The notes under the pieces are model-generated. The model made no database searches, was not told the DNA's origin, and worked only from the letters and a program-made list of their open reading frames with translations. A program made the translations under genes and the position numbers. Below, piece after piece: positions 25,763 through 33,866 of a stretch of 33,866 nucleotides of DNA. Origin of the DNA: a virus (lineage: Duplodnaviria > Caudoviricetes); IMG/VR virus record IMGVR_UViG_3300032225_002000, positions 1-33,866 of that record; one strand, written 5' to 3'. Positions within the stretch are counted from its first letter, which is position 1. Each line of letters opens with the position of its first letter.

Positions 25763-26143
25763 TCATTTTCTCTTTTTAGTTTGGGGTGGTTTATATCCCC
25801 AAAGTCTAGGACTTATTCTACCCTCAGTCCATTCGATAGATTCAAGATAACTTCCAAATTTATCATAATACATGTCAAAAATACTAGATTTCTTAGCTGC
25901 TCTGACAATATCATGATATTTGATGTCATCAGTTATATAAGCAACTAAGTAAGAATCGCTAGGTAGTTGTGCATTTTTTGCATCATTCAATTTACATGTT
26001 TCTTGAAGAATTTCACACCCATAACGAGATTTAGAATCTTTACGCTCTTGACTAGACCATATTTCCTTTAAAATTTCTTTATTAGAAACTTCTTCCTTTT
26101 CTGCTGACATTGTGCCATCTTTAATTGTATTTTCTAAATTCAT
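25763..26143 (-). CDS. Conserved cyanophage hypothetical protein
   Basis: LPSDSYLV..IFDMYYDKF..IEWTEGRISPRLWG; start at 26143 or 26110, since the track's longer start overlaps the upstream gene. Confidence 0.7.
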   Translation of the reverse strand: MNLENTIKDGTMSAEKEEVSNKEILKEIWSSQERKDSKSRYGCEILQETCKLNDAKNAQLPSDSYLVAYITDDIKYHDIVRAAKKSSIFDMYYDKFGSYLESIEWTEGRISPRLWGYKPPQTKKRK

Positions 26144-26162
26144 TTTTATTAATAATTTAAGA

Positions 26163-26768
26163 TTATCCGCGATTACCCCATTGAATATCTGGATATGCTT
26201 CCGCAACAATTTGCTTAGTAATTTTATATTTGGTATCAAGTTTTTTGTCTTTTACAAGACAAAGAATTTCTGCCTCAAATGGATGAAGACCCTGAAGAAT
26301 ATTAATAAACATACTTTCTCTACGAAGAGAACTGAGTCCATCGTTACCACCTTTCAAAAAGTTATAGAACTTCTGATACTCTTTACGAATTGATGATCTT
26401 CCCTGATCTTGAGACCCAAGTGAATTTGAACCAAGTTCGCTCATTTTATTTACTGCATCATCAATCTTTTCAGAAAGAGTTCCACTGAAAGAATTTTGCT
26501 CACTTGTTGCGGCATAAGGAACTTCGCCGGGAGGGAGAATTGAGATGATACTTTCATCAAAATTCCAAATAAACAAAGCCTTCAAAGAAGGATGTTCATA
26601 TTTTTTAAGAACTTCGACTTTTTTTACATTAGAACGTTGCTTTACTACAAGATTCAAAACTTCAAAAATAAATGGATTTGTTGGAAGTTCTTGAATTGGC
26701 GCATTAATCGCCTCCACTTTAATAGTCTTTGCGTTACTTGCCGCTTTTTTTTGTGTAGTCGTACTCAT
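26163..26768 (-). CDS. Conserved T4-like phage hypothetical protein (DUF6433-like)
   Basis: LFIWNFDESI..LPPGEVPY..RRESMFINILQGLHPFEAEILCLVKDKKL; start 26768 or 26777. Confidence 0.7.
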   Translation of the reverse strand: MSTTTQKKAASNAKTIKVEAINAPIQELPTNPFIFEVLNLVVKQRSNVKKVEVLKKYEHPSLKALFIWNFDESIISILPPGEVPYAATSEQNSFSGTLSEKIDDAVNKMSELGSNSLGSQDQGRSSIRKEYQKFYNFLKGGNDGLSSLRRESMFINILQGLHPFEAEILCLVKDKKLDTKYKITKQIVAEAYPDIQWGNRG

Positions 26769-26797
26769 AATTTTCAATATTTGAAATAATTATAATT

Positions 26798-26805
26798 TAT
26801 TTAGA
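26798..26805 (-). promoter_or_regulatory. Late promoter TCTAAATA
   Basis: Overlaps the upstream stop codon; 20-29 nt before the candidate starts. Confidence 0.5.
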
Positions 26806-27031
26806 TGTCTTCATCATCATCAAATTCATCATCAAAATAATCTGGATTAAATGATATCGCTAAAACTTCATCTGGAATAATATTACCATTCTTATCATAA
26901 AACTCAGGATGCAATTTAGGAATCTCTCGATAATTCATCATATATTCTCTTGCTGTCCAACCACCTATAAGTCCCACTATAAGAAATAAAACGGTTAAAA
27001 ATGAACCGAATACTAGACTAATTGCTAACAT
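26801..27031 (-). CDS. Small single-pass membrane protein, conserved in cyanophages
   Basis: N-terminal TM helix, HPEFYDKNGN motif, acidic tail; SD GGAG. Confidence 0.75.
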   Translation of the reverse strand: MLAISLVFGSFLTVLFLIVGLIGGWTAREYMMNYREIPKLHPEFYDKNGNIIPDEVLAISFNPDYFDDEFDDDEDI

Positions 27032-27052
27032 TTCTTTTCTCCGGGAAACTAC

Positions 27053-27199
27053 TTATTTCTTCCTTGATTGGAAGGAAAACTCAAAATAGATGTTTACTTC
27101 CCGATTTAGAAAGCAAATCATCTTTTCAAAAACAATATGAAATGGATAGGTTTGCTTTCTTTTTCCTCCTGAAAGAATTAATTCGACACCACGGTTCAT
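27053..27199 (-). CDS. Small conserved cyanophage hypothetical protein (48 aa)
   Basis: Missing from ORF track. MNRGVELILSGGKRKQTYPFHIVFEKMICFLNREVNIYFEFSFQSRKK*; fills the gap after glutaredoxin; may start at an upstream TTG. Confidence 0.65.
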   Translation of the reverse strand: MNRGVELILSGGKRKQTYPFHIVFEKMICFLNREVNIYFEFSFQSRKK

Positions 27200-27221
27200 A
27201 CCATGATTATTATTTAGGTTA

Positions 27222-27461
27222 TTATCTAACAATTTTATTCTCTTTTAAAAACTTAACTGTATCTGTACATCCACCAAGTTTTTGATCATCACAAACGACT
27301 TGAGGAAAAGTAGAACCTTCACCAAACTCAGAATAAAATTCTTCTTTAGTAAAATCTTCTCCTAAACTATACACTACAAAGTTACTTCCTGTCAACTCCA
27401 GGACTTGTTTGACTTTATAGCAGAAAGGACATTCTTCTTTACTGTAAACTGTAAAATTCAT
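27222..27461 (-). CDS. Glutaredoxin (NrdC-like)
   Basis: CPFC active site, TFPQV, LGGCTD. Confidence 0.92.
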   Translation of the reverse strand: MNFTVYSKEECPFCYKVKQVLELTGSNFVVYSLGEDFTKEEFYSEFGEGSTFPQVVCDDQKLGGCTDTVKFLKENKIVR

Positions 27462-27520
27462 AGTTATTTAATATCTGTAGTAATTTATGTAACAAAAAAG
27501 TAGAGATTTTTATTTAGAAT

Positions 27521-27733
27521 TCAAATCAATTTCCAATCCAAATCTAAACTCTCAACATAATCAATAAAATCTTGTCCGTTTAGAGCACAAATATCTATAC
27601 TTGTATCAAAAACAAACTCTGCATTATATAGATTTGATACACCATCAATCTCACGAAGAGCAGAAATCTTACCGTAGATATTGGTAAGTTGAAAACTTTG
27701 AATTTCTTTAATCATTTTAATTTCCTCTGTCAT
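27521..27733 (-). CDS. Hypothetical protein
   Basis: About 70 aa, co-oriented, overlaps the upstream stop; start uncertain (27733-27748). Confidence 0.5.
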   Translation of the reverse strand: MTEEIKMIKEIQSFQLTNIYGKISALREIDGVSNLYNAEFVFDTSIDICALNGQDFIDYVESLDLDWKLI

Positions 27734-28283
27734 AAGCATATTGAACACAATGTCCGTTTCTTCTTACATAATGAAAGAATACTTGATGATAATAACTATC
27801 TTTGTTTCCTTTCATTGGTTCTCTCCAATGTGGAAGAGTGCATCCTTTATATAGAGCACCATCTCCAGGTTTCATCGTACAGGATAGAGCAGTACCATCA
27901 GGTTTCTCAAACATAATCGGCCACTCATAATTTAGATTATGAGAAATATTTACGGTGATACTAATCTCACAAGAAGGTCTATCAGTATGCTTTACAAGTT
28001 CGTGGCCTTTAAAGTAGAACCTATCATAATAATAAGTTGGATACAATCGCTCTCCAATTGTATTCTCAATGACTCTCATAATCTCATAATGTACTTCTTT
28101 ATATTTTGGATGATTATATCGTGCTAGACTACCAGAAACTTGTGCTTCATTTGGTTGAACTGAAACTCGTCCTGGACCATCATAACGATACATTCCTCTT
28201 TCCCAAGGAACATCTTCATAGAGTTGAGATGCATCAATCAGATTAGGCATCTCAATTACCGACCAATCTATTTTATTATTCAT
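27717..28283 (-). CDS. 2OG-Fe(II) oxygenase superfamily protein
   Basis: HTD..H facial triad (KHTDRPSCEIS..PGDGALYKG..PHWREP..QVFFHYV); start 28283 gives an ATGA overlap. Confidence 0.85.
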   Translation of the reverse strand: MNNKIDWSVIEMPNLIDASQLYEDVPWERGMYRYDGPGRVSVQPNEAQVSGSLARYNHPKYKEVHYEIMRVIENTIGERLYPTYYYDRFYFKGHELVKHTDRPSCEISITVNISHNLNYEWPIMFEKPDGTALSCTMKPGDGALYKGCTLPHWREPMKGNKDSYYHQVFFHYVRRNGHCVQYAYDRGN

Positions 28284-28876
28284 TTCCAAAGTGGACCTGT
28301 TATCCACCCAACGATTGATTTACGATGACCTGAAAAGACCTTCTTTACCCGATGAGGGGTTCTACTATCAAATACTAAAACTGTTCCTCTTGTCTTGGGG
28401 GCAAAGAATGTCTTACCATCACTCGTCATAAATTGAATTTCACCACCTTCATAATCATCAGGGTCTGAAAGTTGAAGAATGAATGATAATTTTCTGATTT
28501 GTTCAGAATTGGTAATTACAAAGTTTTCTTGCTTGTTTTCGGTTGGTTTATAAGAAGACTCAATACCTGCATCAATGTGCCAGTTATAATATTCTCCTTC
28601 TTCATAAGAAGTATACTGTAGTGCTTCTCCATCAAATCCATTAATATCATACAAAAAGTTTTCACGATTTGCACGAAGAATGTGATGATACGCAAAACCT
28701 GCTACCCAATGATTTGAAGGTAACCAAGAAGTTCTACTATCTCTTTTTTCTAGAGTAACACCACCGAAGGTTCTTGCCTGCTCTAGATTTTTATTCAATT
28801 CATTTAAATCCTTTTCAATTAAATCAACTAGTTCTTTTGATATTCCAGTGGAATAGCAAATCAAAGTATTCGCCAT
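28280..28876 (-). CDS. PKHD-type 2OG-Fe(II) hydroxylase (prolyl-4-hydroxylase-like)
   Basis: YNWHID..RKLSFILQLSDPDDYEGGE..GTVLVFDS..HRVKKV..GHRKSIVGW. Confidence 0.9.
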   Translation of the reverse strand: MANTLICYSTGISKELVDLIEKDLNELNKNLEQARTFGGVTLEKRDSRTSWLPSNHWVAGFAYHHILRANRENFLYDINGFDGEALQYTSYEEGEYYNWHIDAGIESSYKPTENKQENFVITNSEQIRKLSFILQLSDPDDYEGGEIQFMTSDGKTFFAPKTRGTVLVFDSRTPHRVKKVFSGHRKSIVGWITGPLWK

Positions 28877-28896
28877 AAATTAATGTTGTTTTATGC

Positions 28897-28925
28897 ATTA
28901 TATAACAGTTTTGAAATTAAGTCAA
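28897..28925 (-). promoter_or_regulatory. Sigma70-type promoter for the oxygenase genes
   Basis: TTGACT (28925-28920), 17 nt, TATAAT (28902-28897). Confidence 0.75.
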
Positions 28926-29617
28926 GTTGGGTATCTGATGATTACTGCGCCTGGGGTTGCTGGGACTGCACCTGGACCTTCCCTCCCTCCGGTTCCAAAT
29001 GATGCTGGAGCGAGTCCACCATTTGGGGCGCCACCAGCACCTTGAGCAATCCCACCCCCCCCTCCATAATATTGAGAAGTTCCAGTGAAACTATAAGATA
29101 CTCCTATGCCCCCTGGACCATTAGATATTCCACTACTGCTAGCACCCCCACCTCCACCACCTTGACCACCTGGAAATCCAAGACCGGTAATCCCCGCACC
29201 AATCCCACCGGGCATATTTCCTTGTGCGGCACCACCTCCGCCGGAAGCAAATGGACTTGGTGTACCAGCGTTAAAACCAGGGCCGCCAGCACCACCACCA
29301 TAGGCAATTAAAGTGGCATTATTAAATGTGCAACTACTAATTCCACCAGTCGGTGAACCTGAAGCACCAACAGTAATTGGATAAGAAGTACCTGAAGTAA
29401 CATTCGCCAATTTATTATAGATAACAGCACCGCCACCTCCACCACCTTGACCAGCAGCACCACCACCACCAACTACAAGAACCTCAATGGTTCCGTTTTG
29501 ACTGGGAATAAAGGTAGAAACTCCTGGAGTATCAAATGTATGAACCGTATAACCCGTAATGGAAGAAATAGTTCCACCAGTTCCACCAGTAATACGAGTT
29601 CCCAAAATTAATGCCAT
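28922..29617 (-). CDS. Glycine-rich domain protein, probable virion appendage component
   Basis: YTVHTF..IEVLVVGGGG..GGGGGG..YPITVG..AYGGG..YYGGGGG..GAVIIRY, the common phage polyglycine-rich domain; late promoter upstream. Confidence 0.8.
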   Translation of the reverse strand: MALILGTRITGGTGGTISSITGYTVHTFDTPGVSTFIPSQNGTIEVLVVGGGGAAGQGGGGGGAVIYNKLANVTSGTSYPITVGASGSPTGGISSCTFNNATLIAYGGGAGGPGFNAGTPSPFASGGGGAAQGNMPGGIGAGITGLGFPGGQGGGGGGASSSGISNGPGGIGVSYSFTGTSQYYGGGGGIAQGAGGAPNGGLAPASFGTGGREGPGAVPATPGAVIIRYPT

Positions 29618-29639
29618 AATTCCTATACCTTATTTCTAA

Positions 29640-29647
29640 TATTTATG
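29640..29647 (-). promoter_or_regulatory. Late promoter CATAAATA
   Basis: 22 nt upstream of ATG 29617; overlaps the upstream stop. Confidence 0.6.
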
Positions 29648-30002
29648 CATATAGTTTAATTTCTTTATAAGATGATTGAGTTTCCTCATTGATTTTTCTT
29701 TTTATCTCTGCTCTCTTATCATTAGTAATGTAAACTTGGCGAGCAAGACTTATAAATTCATCATCAAATCTACATTCCCTTTCAAGTTCTCTTAAAGAAT
29801 CCTCAATATCCCATAATAAAGAATTGACGATTGAAAGTTCATTAAGATAAGATTCTTTATAAACTTCAAGTTCTTGAGCAATTTTACTCAAGTCTTGAAG
29901 TTCTTTAGTCACATATTCATTATCCGTATGTTTAGATTTGATTTGGAGAATTGTAATCTTATCTAACAATTCTCCAATTGATACTGGAATTTCTATTTTC
30001 AT
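29643..30002 (-). CDS. DUF6165-like protein
   Basis: IPVSIGELLDKITILQIK..VNSLLWDIED..FISLARQVYITNDKRAEIKRKIN. Confidence 0.75.
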   Translation of the reverse strand: MKIEIPVSIGELLDKITILQIKSKHTDNEYVTKELQDLSKIAQELEVYKESYLNELSIVNSLLWDIEDSLRELERECRFDDEFISLARQVYITNDKRAEIKRKINEETQSSYKEIKLYA

Positions 30003-32128
30003 AAAGGATTATCCAGATCAAAGTTGGTTTTAATAAACTCAATCAGGTCTTTATTTTTTGATACAACTCCAAGACCAAAGGTATGTGTGAAATTGCATTT
30101 TGGTAAATCAATTTCTTCAAAGAATCTTTTGACTCCAAACTGCCTTCCGCCTAGCATATCTACATAAGAATCATGGAATAATACAATACCATTTTCTGCT
30201 AGATGAGGACTCCAGTTTTCATAATCTTTCTTAACTGCTTCATAACTATGATCTCCATCAATATGTAAGATGTCTATTTTCTTATCCCAAGTCTTTACAA
30301 CATCATCAAAGTTTCCTTTTATGAAGGTCACATTATCATTCATAAGCAGTTTTTCTTGTCTATGTAGAACATATTCATAAGAACCACTATAGTCTCCAGT
30401 GTATTGGTCTCCTTCAAAGGTATCAATGCCATAAACATGACCAATACGAGGCATAGCAAAACAAAATGTAGAGAATCCCCAAGCAACTCCAAGTTCCACG
30501 GTAACTTCTGGTTTGACTGAAGATACTAACCATTCTGCAAACTTTCTATGCCCCCTCCATGCTGTAGGAATATCGTCAAGATTAGTTAAGAATAACTTAT
30601 CAATTGCACCTTGCCTTTCTGATGCTGATAAAGTATTTGGATTAAAACCAGTAGCAAAAATAGTAATATTCGGATTATTTAATTTAATGGATATTTCAGT
30701 AAGATATGAAAATGCCTGAGACAGATAAGGTTCCCCCAGATTCATTGCCTCACTAACTGCATGAAATGCATAGTTTGCGGCAAGTTTTATATTTTGTTGA
30801 GCAAAGAGCATAAAACTACATCTACAAAATACTGAAATTCTAAAAGTATCAAAATAAGGTTTTGAATGATTTAGATATTCTTGTCCATATTCAATTGCCT
30901 TTTGACTATTTTGAGTTGCGAAATAATGATTAAAGACAAACCAAAGATAATAAGTATTGGTTGAATCCCTTTCAAGTTCTCTTTCACATAAAGACAAATA
31001 GAAGAGTTCTTTATCTACAGTCTTATGAATTGCCTTAGTAATCTTAATTGTAGTATCTACACCAACTTCATTTAAATAAGATTCGGTGGGGCGAAATGTT
31101 GGAACTTCGTGAACCGCATTTACCCAAATATAATTCTTTGTGCGATGAAAACGAATATGAGATTCTGTAGATTGTTGAGGTTCATTTTTACCATTATCAT
31201 CAAATCTCAGATGACGAAATGCAGTAAACTCACTTTCAATTGCATCAAATCCTTCAGGAAAGAATTCATCCACATCTTCATTAAAATCTAGACTAAATGC
31301 CCAATCAGTCTCTACATATGAAAGTGCTTGATTTCTTGCAACTGAAAAATCAAACTCTTCTCTGGTTTGTGAATGCTCATAAACTTTAATTCCAGCATCT
31401 CTCAATAGTTGTATTGTATTATCTGTGCTTCCAGTATCAACAACAATCACATCATCAAACTTCTTTGCATTAAGAAGAAACTTTTCAATGTTTTTCTCTT
31501 CGTTTTTGGCAATTGCGTACAGTGTAATTTTCATTTTTTTAGAACCTCCTTTTTTTCTATGAAACCAAACAATTCCACCCAAATTATCATAATATGGAGT
31601 TATTACTGTTTTATCTTTAAAATATTCCTTTACTGCTTTGTTTACTCCACTCCAAAGATAATCATCACCAGTAATCATACCTCCAGGTTTTACTTTGGGA
31701 TACCAAGATTTTATATCATTTAATACATCTTCATATTCGTGTGAAGCATCAATATGAACAAAATCTAAACTATTATCCTCAAATTGTTCTGCTGCTAAGA
31801 TACTAGTGGATTGTATGGGAATAACCACATCATCAATACCGCAAGATTTAATATTTTCCTGAAACTCCTCAAATAAAGTTTTACCTTGAGATTTCAGTTC
31901 TTCAATAAAACTAATATGTTGCTCTTCATCACTACCCTCCCAGGTATCAACAGAATAGAACTTTACATTTTTATTTGAGTTCTTAATCAAAGACCCCATA
32001 TAACAAGTAGAACGACCTCTCCAGGAACCAATCTCAACTAGTGTTCCATTTTCAGGAACTGCTTTTAGACACATTTCATAAAAAGATGGGTATTCAAACC
32101 ATCCTGTTATTTCTCGCCAAGTTTTCAT
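29999..32128 (-). CDS. Fusion: class I SAM methyltransferase - GT2-like glycosyltransferase - TPR-like helices - class I SAM methyltransferase
   Basis: VEIGSWRGRS..VDTW..HIDASHEY..KPGG..GDDY; AKNEE..VVDTGSTD..DFSVARN..VHE; VELGVAWGFS..GIDTF..HIDGDHSY..FHD. Start 32128 gives an ATGA overlap. Confidence 0.88.
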   Translation of the reverse strand: MKTWREITGWFEYPSFYEMCLKAVPENGTLVEIGSWRGRSTCYMGSLIKNSNKNVKFYSVDTWEGSDEEQHISFIEELKSQGKTLFEEFQENIKSCGIDDVVIPIQSTSILAAEQFEDNSLDFVHIDASHEYEDVLNDIKSWYPKVKPGGMITGDDYLWSGVNKAVKEYFKDKTVITPYYDNLGGIVWFHRKKGGSKKMKITLYAIAKNEEKNIEKFLLNAKKFDDVIVVDTGSTDNTIQLLRDAGIKVYEHSQTREEFDFSVARNQALSYVETDWAFSLDFNEDVDEFFPEGFDAIESEFTAFRHLRFDDNGKNEPQQSTESHIRFHRTKNYIWVNAVHEVPTFRPTESYLNEVGVDTTIKITKAIHKTVDKELFYLSLCERELERDSTNTYYLWFVFNHYFATQNSQKAIEYGQEYLNHSKPYFDTFRISVFCRCSFMLFAQQNIKLAANYAFHAVSEAMNLGEPYLSQAFSYLTEISIKLNNPNITIFATGFNPNTLSASERQGAIDKLFLTNLDDIPTAWRGHRKFAEWLVSSVKPEVTVELGVAWGFSTFCFAMPRIGHVYGIDTFEGDQYTGDYSGSYEYVLHRQEKLLMNDNVTFIKGNFDDVVKTWDKKIDILHIDGDHSYEAVKKDYENWSPHLAENGIVLFHDSYVDMLGGRQFGVKRFFEEIDLPKCNFTHTFGLGVVSKNKDLIEFIKTNFDLDNPL

Positions 32129-32817
32129 AAGTATGTGCTCCAATCAATACAAGGTGATGAAAATTCTTTATGTGCGTGTGTAGAATATCCAGGAATACAT
32201 GAGATTAAATTTCTTCCTCTTTGATTTAGTTCAATAAACTTTGCATGGTCTGCACTTGGTTCATAATCAGTTGACCATTTCTTCTGAATTTTATAATCTT
32301 CCTTAAGAGTTTTAAACTTCACCGCAAAGGTATTTGTGGTAGAAGGAGTGGGCATCCAGTGAGATAATTTTGTATGAAGAACTTTAGTCATAAAGTCCTT
32401 ATACATCTCCTGATACTTGTCTCCGTGGTCGTACAAGGTCACATAATCAATTGGTAGGGTAAATCCATCTATAAGAACCTTATCCCATCCTGGGCGGTGT
32501 ACATAGTCATCTTCTAGGAAGTAGATGATTGTGTCATCATCAAAGTTTTGCGAAAGAATATAGTCTAGTGTTCTGCAGAAACTTTCACTTTCCTTACCAC
32601 AATTAATCTCATAAACATTTTTTTCTTGATTAAGGAATGTATCTTCCCTTTTACCATAATGCTCATCGTAAATGATTGTATAGTTAGTGGTTTCTGGATT
32701 TATAGTATTCTTAAAGTTTTGAAATACTTTTTCTTTATCCCACCAATCTGGTCTATTATGCGATGAATATTGAAGATGAGAATAATAACAATGTCTTAGA
32801 AATACTTCAATTTTCAT
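32125..32817 (-). CDS. Putative GT-A fold glycosyltransferase
   Basis: IIYD.., ESFCRTL, IIYFLEDDYVH (metal-binding motif position), STTNTFA, PGYSTH. Confidence 0.65.
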   Translation of the reverse strand: MKIEVFLRHCYYSHLQYSSHNRPDWWDKEKVFQNFKNTINPETTNYTIIYDEHYGKREDTFLNQEKNVYEINCGKESESFCRTLDYILSQNFDDDTIIYFLEDDYVHRPGWDKVLIDGFTLPIDYVTLYDHGDKYQEMYKDFMTKVLHTKLSHWMPTPSTTNTFAVKFKTLKEDYKIQKKWSTDYEPSADHAKFIELNQRGRNLISCIPGYSTHAHKEFSSPCIDWSTYL

Positions 32818-33596
32818 ATATTAAATTTTGAATAAAGGTTTACGTTTTCTTGCCCTATTACATCAATAGGATTTTGTGAGATTTTAGAAATACTTGGACG
32901 AATATCATGAAGTCCTTTAAGACCCCATTCTTCATCTTTTTTTTCGCCACAAGAATTTTCAATATTATTAAAATTATTTTGTTCTGGGGGGATTTCCAAA
33001 AACTGATAGATTTTATCTATTTCTTCTTGAGGATTTGAGATAAGTTGATTGTATTCAACTAAATGAATCCATTCAGGGTATTTAGTTATTCCATACACCA
33101 TTGATTCATAAGATGGAGATACATAATATCTCCAAATATATTCTGCTCTATTATTATTAGTTACAGGTATATTGTCAGTTCTTAGATGATTGTCAATGAA
33201 GTTATCTTCATGTTTGGAACGCTCTATGAGTGAAATATAAGATGTAATTACTTCTGGAATTGAACGATAGGTTGCAATAATTTTTGGTTTATTGGAAAGA
33301 AACATTTGAACTGTATCAAGATTCTTTCCCCAAAAACGATGCTTATCTAGTATTATTGATTTTGGAATATGGTTATAAAAGTTTGCAAGAACTGCCTTAT
33401 AAACATTATAGGATATTTCCTTGCGGTCAAAGGTAAATTGAATATCTAAGGTATTAAATGACTTTTCAATATCAGTCACCACATCACCCAAAGGAGAAGT
33501 GGGTGATACATAAATGTCCGAATGTTGATTGAGGAGTGACCCAAGCAATGTAGAACCACTTCTTGGAAGTCCTCCAAGAAAATATAATGTTTTCAT
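32814..33596 (-). CDS. Sulfotransferase family protein
   Basis: GLPRSGSTLL..LLNQH (5'-PSB loop), LDK, KIIATYRSIPEVITS (3'-PB), VEYNQLISNP. Confidence 0.88.
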   Translation of the reverse strand: MKTLYFLGGLPRSGSTLLGSLLNQHSDIYVSPTSPLGDVVTDIEKSFNTLDIQFTFDRKEISYNVYKAVLANFYNHIPKSIILDKHRFWGKNLDTVQMFLSNKPKIIATYRSIPEVITSYISLIERSKHEDNFIDNHLRTDNIPVTNNNRAEYIWRYYVSPSYESMVYGITKYPEWIHLVEYNQLISNPQEEIDKIYQFLEIPPEQNNFNNIENSCGEKKDEEWGLKGLHDIRPSISKISQNPIDVIGQENVNLYSKFNI

Positions 33597-33622
33597 AGTT
33601 TATTAATTTTTATTATTATATA

Positions 33623-33866
33623 TTAGAAACTATAATCGTCGTATTGAGTTGCTGACGTAAAATTATTTCCACAACTTACTTGTTTCCAATTAGTTCCTCC
33701 TATAAAAGTGGTGACTGGAGTATATCTATTATTTCCATCATTGACTCCGAGTAGTGCAGTTCCATTACCCCAAATCCAAAGAGTTCCATCAGTTTTGATT
33801 GCTGCTGTATGTTCCTTTCCACAACTTACTTGTTTCCAATTCGTTCCTCCTGCAAATGTAGTGACT
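33623..33866 (-). CDS. RCC1-repeat beta-propeller protein, C-terminal fragment
   Basis: VTTFAGGTNWKQVSCGKEHTAAIKTDGTLWIWGNG..TPVTTFIGGTNWKQVSCG..YSF*; 150-nt period (acaacttact at 33671 and 33821). Confidence 0.85.
   Translation of the reverse strand, partial: VTTFAGGTNWKQVSCGKEHTAAIKTDGTLWIWGNGTALLGVNDGNNRYTPVTTFIGGTNWKQVSCGNNFTSATQYDDYSF

Noticed and set aside
27481-27520. Half-terminator (ATCTCTACTTTTTT) as a scar at the island boundary
   Set aside because: No complementary arm is present, so it cannot be told from AT-rich background.
33600-33645. Sigma70 promoter upstream of the sulfotransferase
   Set aside because: TATAAT is present but there is no credible -35 or TGn extension, and the region is extremely AT-rich.
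1-33866. tRNA, rRNA, integrase or IS elements
   Set aside because: Coding density leaves almost no gap long enough, and no cloverleaf, transposase or recombinase motif was seen.

Overview
AT-rich (roughly one-third GC by eye) segment of a T4-like myovirus genome. Gene content (phoH, cyanobacterial-type thyX, gp26/gp51-like pair, conserved small core ORFs) points to a cyanomyovirus (Kyanoviridae-like); freshwater origin is a guess from the RCC1/sulfotransferase/Gly-rich accessory genes. Layout: tail fibre genes (1-6519); baseplate hub/spike, tape-measure-like and tail-tube-like genes (6521-15773); divergent gp4, gp2-like, gp48, gp53 (15810-18372); replication/transcription block gp32, gp59, gp33, exonuclease, phoH (18417-22152); free-standing GIY-YIG endonuclease next to thyX; a late-promoter gene with a T4-type capsid-targeting N-terminus; glutaredoxin; and an accessory island of two 2OG-Fe(II) oxygenases, a Gly-rich protein, a methyltransferase-glycosyltransferase fusion, a second glycosyltransferase, a sulfotransferase and an RCC1-repeat protein. 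Strongest novel signal: a complete -1 ribosomal frameshift cassette (internal SD, T_TTT_TTC, hairpin burying the next ATG) that would fuse gp26 to the small gp51-like ORF, like lambda G/GT tail chaperones. Also notable: a possible protein/glycan-decoration pathway, a homopolymer-switchable enzyme fusion, a circularly permuted Zn-peptidase motif, a 9-nt-periodic gp32 leader and a hairpin-gated endonuclease. Product calls come from motif recognition only; no searches were run.
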